Source of the DNA: an uncultured delta proteobacterium
GTDB lineage: Bacteria > Myxococcota_A > Polyangia > Polyangiales > B10-G4
Reading direction: 5' to 3'
DNA length: 64,000 nucleotides
NCBI GenBank assembly: GCA_963727445.1
Contig: CAVSGI010000009.1
Coordinates: forward strand, 480,001 to 544,000
The position numbers and the translations under genes are program-made. Positions 63,567 through 64,000 of the stretch are shown piece after piece. Under the pieces are notes generated by a model. That model was not told the origin of the DNA. It did no database searches and was given only the letters and a program-made list of their open reading frames with translations. Within the stretch, counting starts at the first letter, position 1; each line of letters begins with the position of its first letter.

Positions 63567-64000
63567 TCAGCGAACCCAGAGGACGAGCTCGGTGACCGCG
63601 TAAGCGTCGTCGCTCGTGTCCTTCATGAAGCGGATCTCCAGGGGCCCGCTGGCCGGGGAGGCGAGGGTGACGTGGAATTCGCCCCCGGGACCGAGGGGCG
63701 TACACGCGCTGCCTCCCAAAGAGTCGTCGTCCCAGAGGACGTCCGGCTCGAAGTCGGGATCGAAGTCGTACATGGCCATGTTGTTCCCGGTCTCGCAGGT
63801 CCAGTCCTCGCCGATGAACGGGGGAGCGCCGCGCCCCCCGTCGCAGGGGCAGGCGTTGCCCGAGCCCTCCTGCACGTGCAGTCCGGCGCCCAGCGTGTAG
63901 ACGTGCTGGCGTGTCGTCGTCCCGGTGGTGATCGAGATCCCGTCGACGTAGACATCGTCGAGGGTCGCCATCGTTCCGAAGTAGGGCGCGAAAGCGTCGG
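63567..64000 (-). CDS. 3' part of a gene (open at the window edge) with a sponge-like Cys domain
   Basis: Frame open to 64000: DAFAPY...YVDGISIT...RQHVYT..AG...CPC...PPFIGEDWTCETGN...DVLWD...LEIR...ELVLWVR. Confidence 0.7.
   Translation of the reverse strand, partial: DAFAPYFGTMATLDDVYVDGISITTGTTTRQHVYTLGAGLHVQEGSGNACPCDGGRGAPPFIGEDWTCETGNNMAMYDFDPDFEPDVLWDDDSLGGSACTPLGPGGEFHVTLASPASGPLEIRFMKDTSDDAYAVTELVLWVR

Overview
High-GC, gene-dense window with about 52 CDS. The gene content points to a myxobacterium, probably Polyangiales-like (inference): a MYXO-CTERM protein, an FHA-sigma54 activator, three Ser/Thr kinases and many lipoproteins with Asp/Ala-rich linkers. I saw no rRNA, tRNA, CRISPR array, transposase or prophage. 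At least six genes are broken by small indels, most likely assembly errors. Housekeeping genes include a Nit-type amidase, Nei, a long Lhr helicase, an acyl-CoA ligase, a peroxiredoxin, a 3-hydroxyacyl-CoA dehydrogenase, a PlsC-type acyltransferase, AlgH and QueD. A signalling block spans about 31-41.7 kb. Best leads: (1) an 84-aa lipobox peptide translationally coupled to a ferritin-like diiron protein, possibly a peptide-modification system; (2) a partial gene at the right edge whose domain resembles an uncharacterised sponge protein family; (3) a region-2-only sigma-like protein coupled to a hybrid kinase and divergent from a full-length sigma factor; (4) a 167-bp CTAG-bounded palindromic MITE-like element; (5) widespread signatures of leaderless transcription; (6) a surface protein with 14 disintegrin-like repeats; (7) an M24 peptidase that has lost metal ligands. 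All product calls come from motif recognition by eye; no database searches were run.
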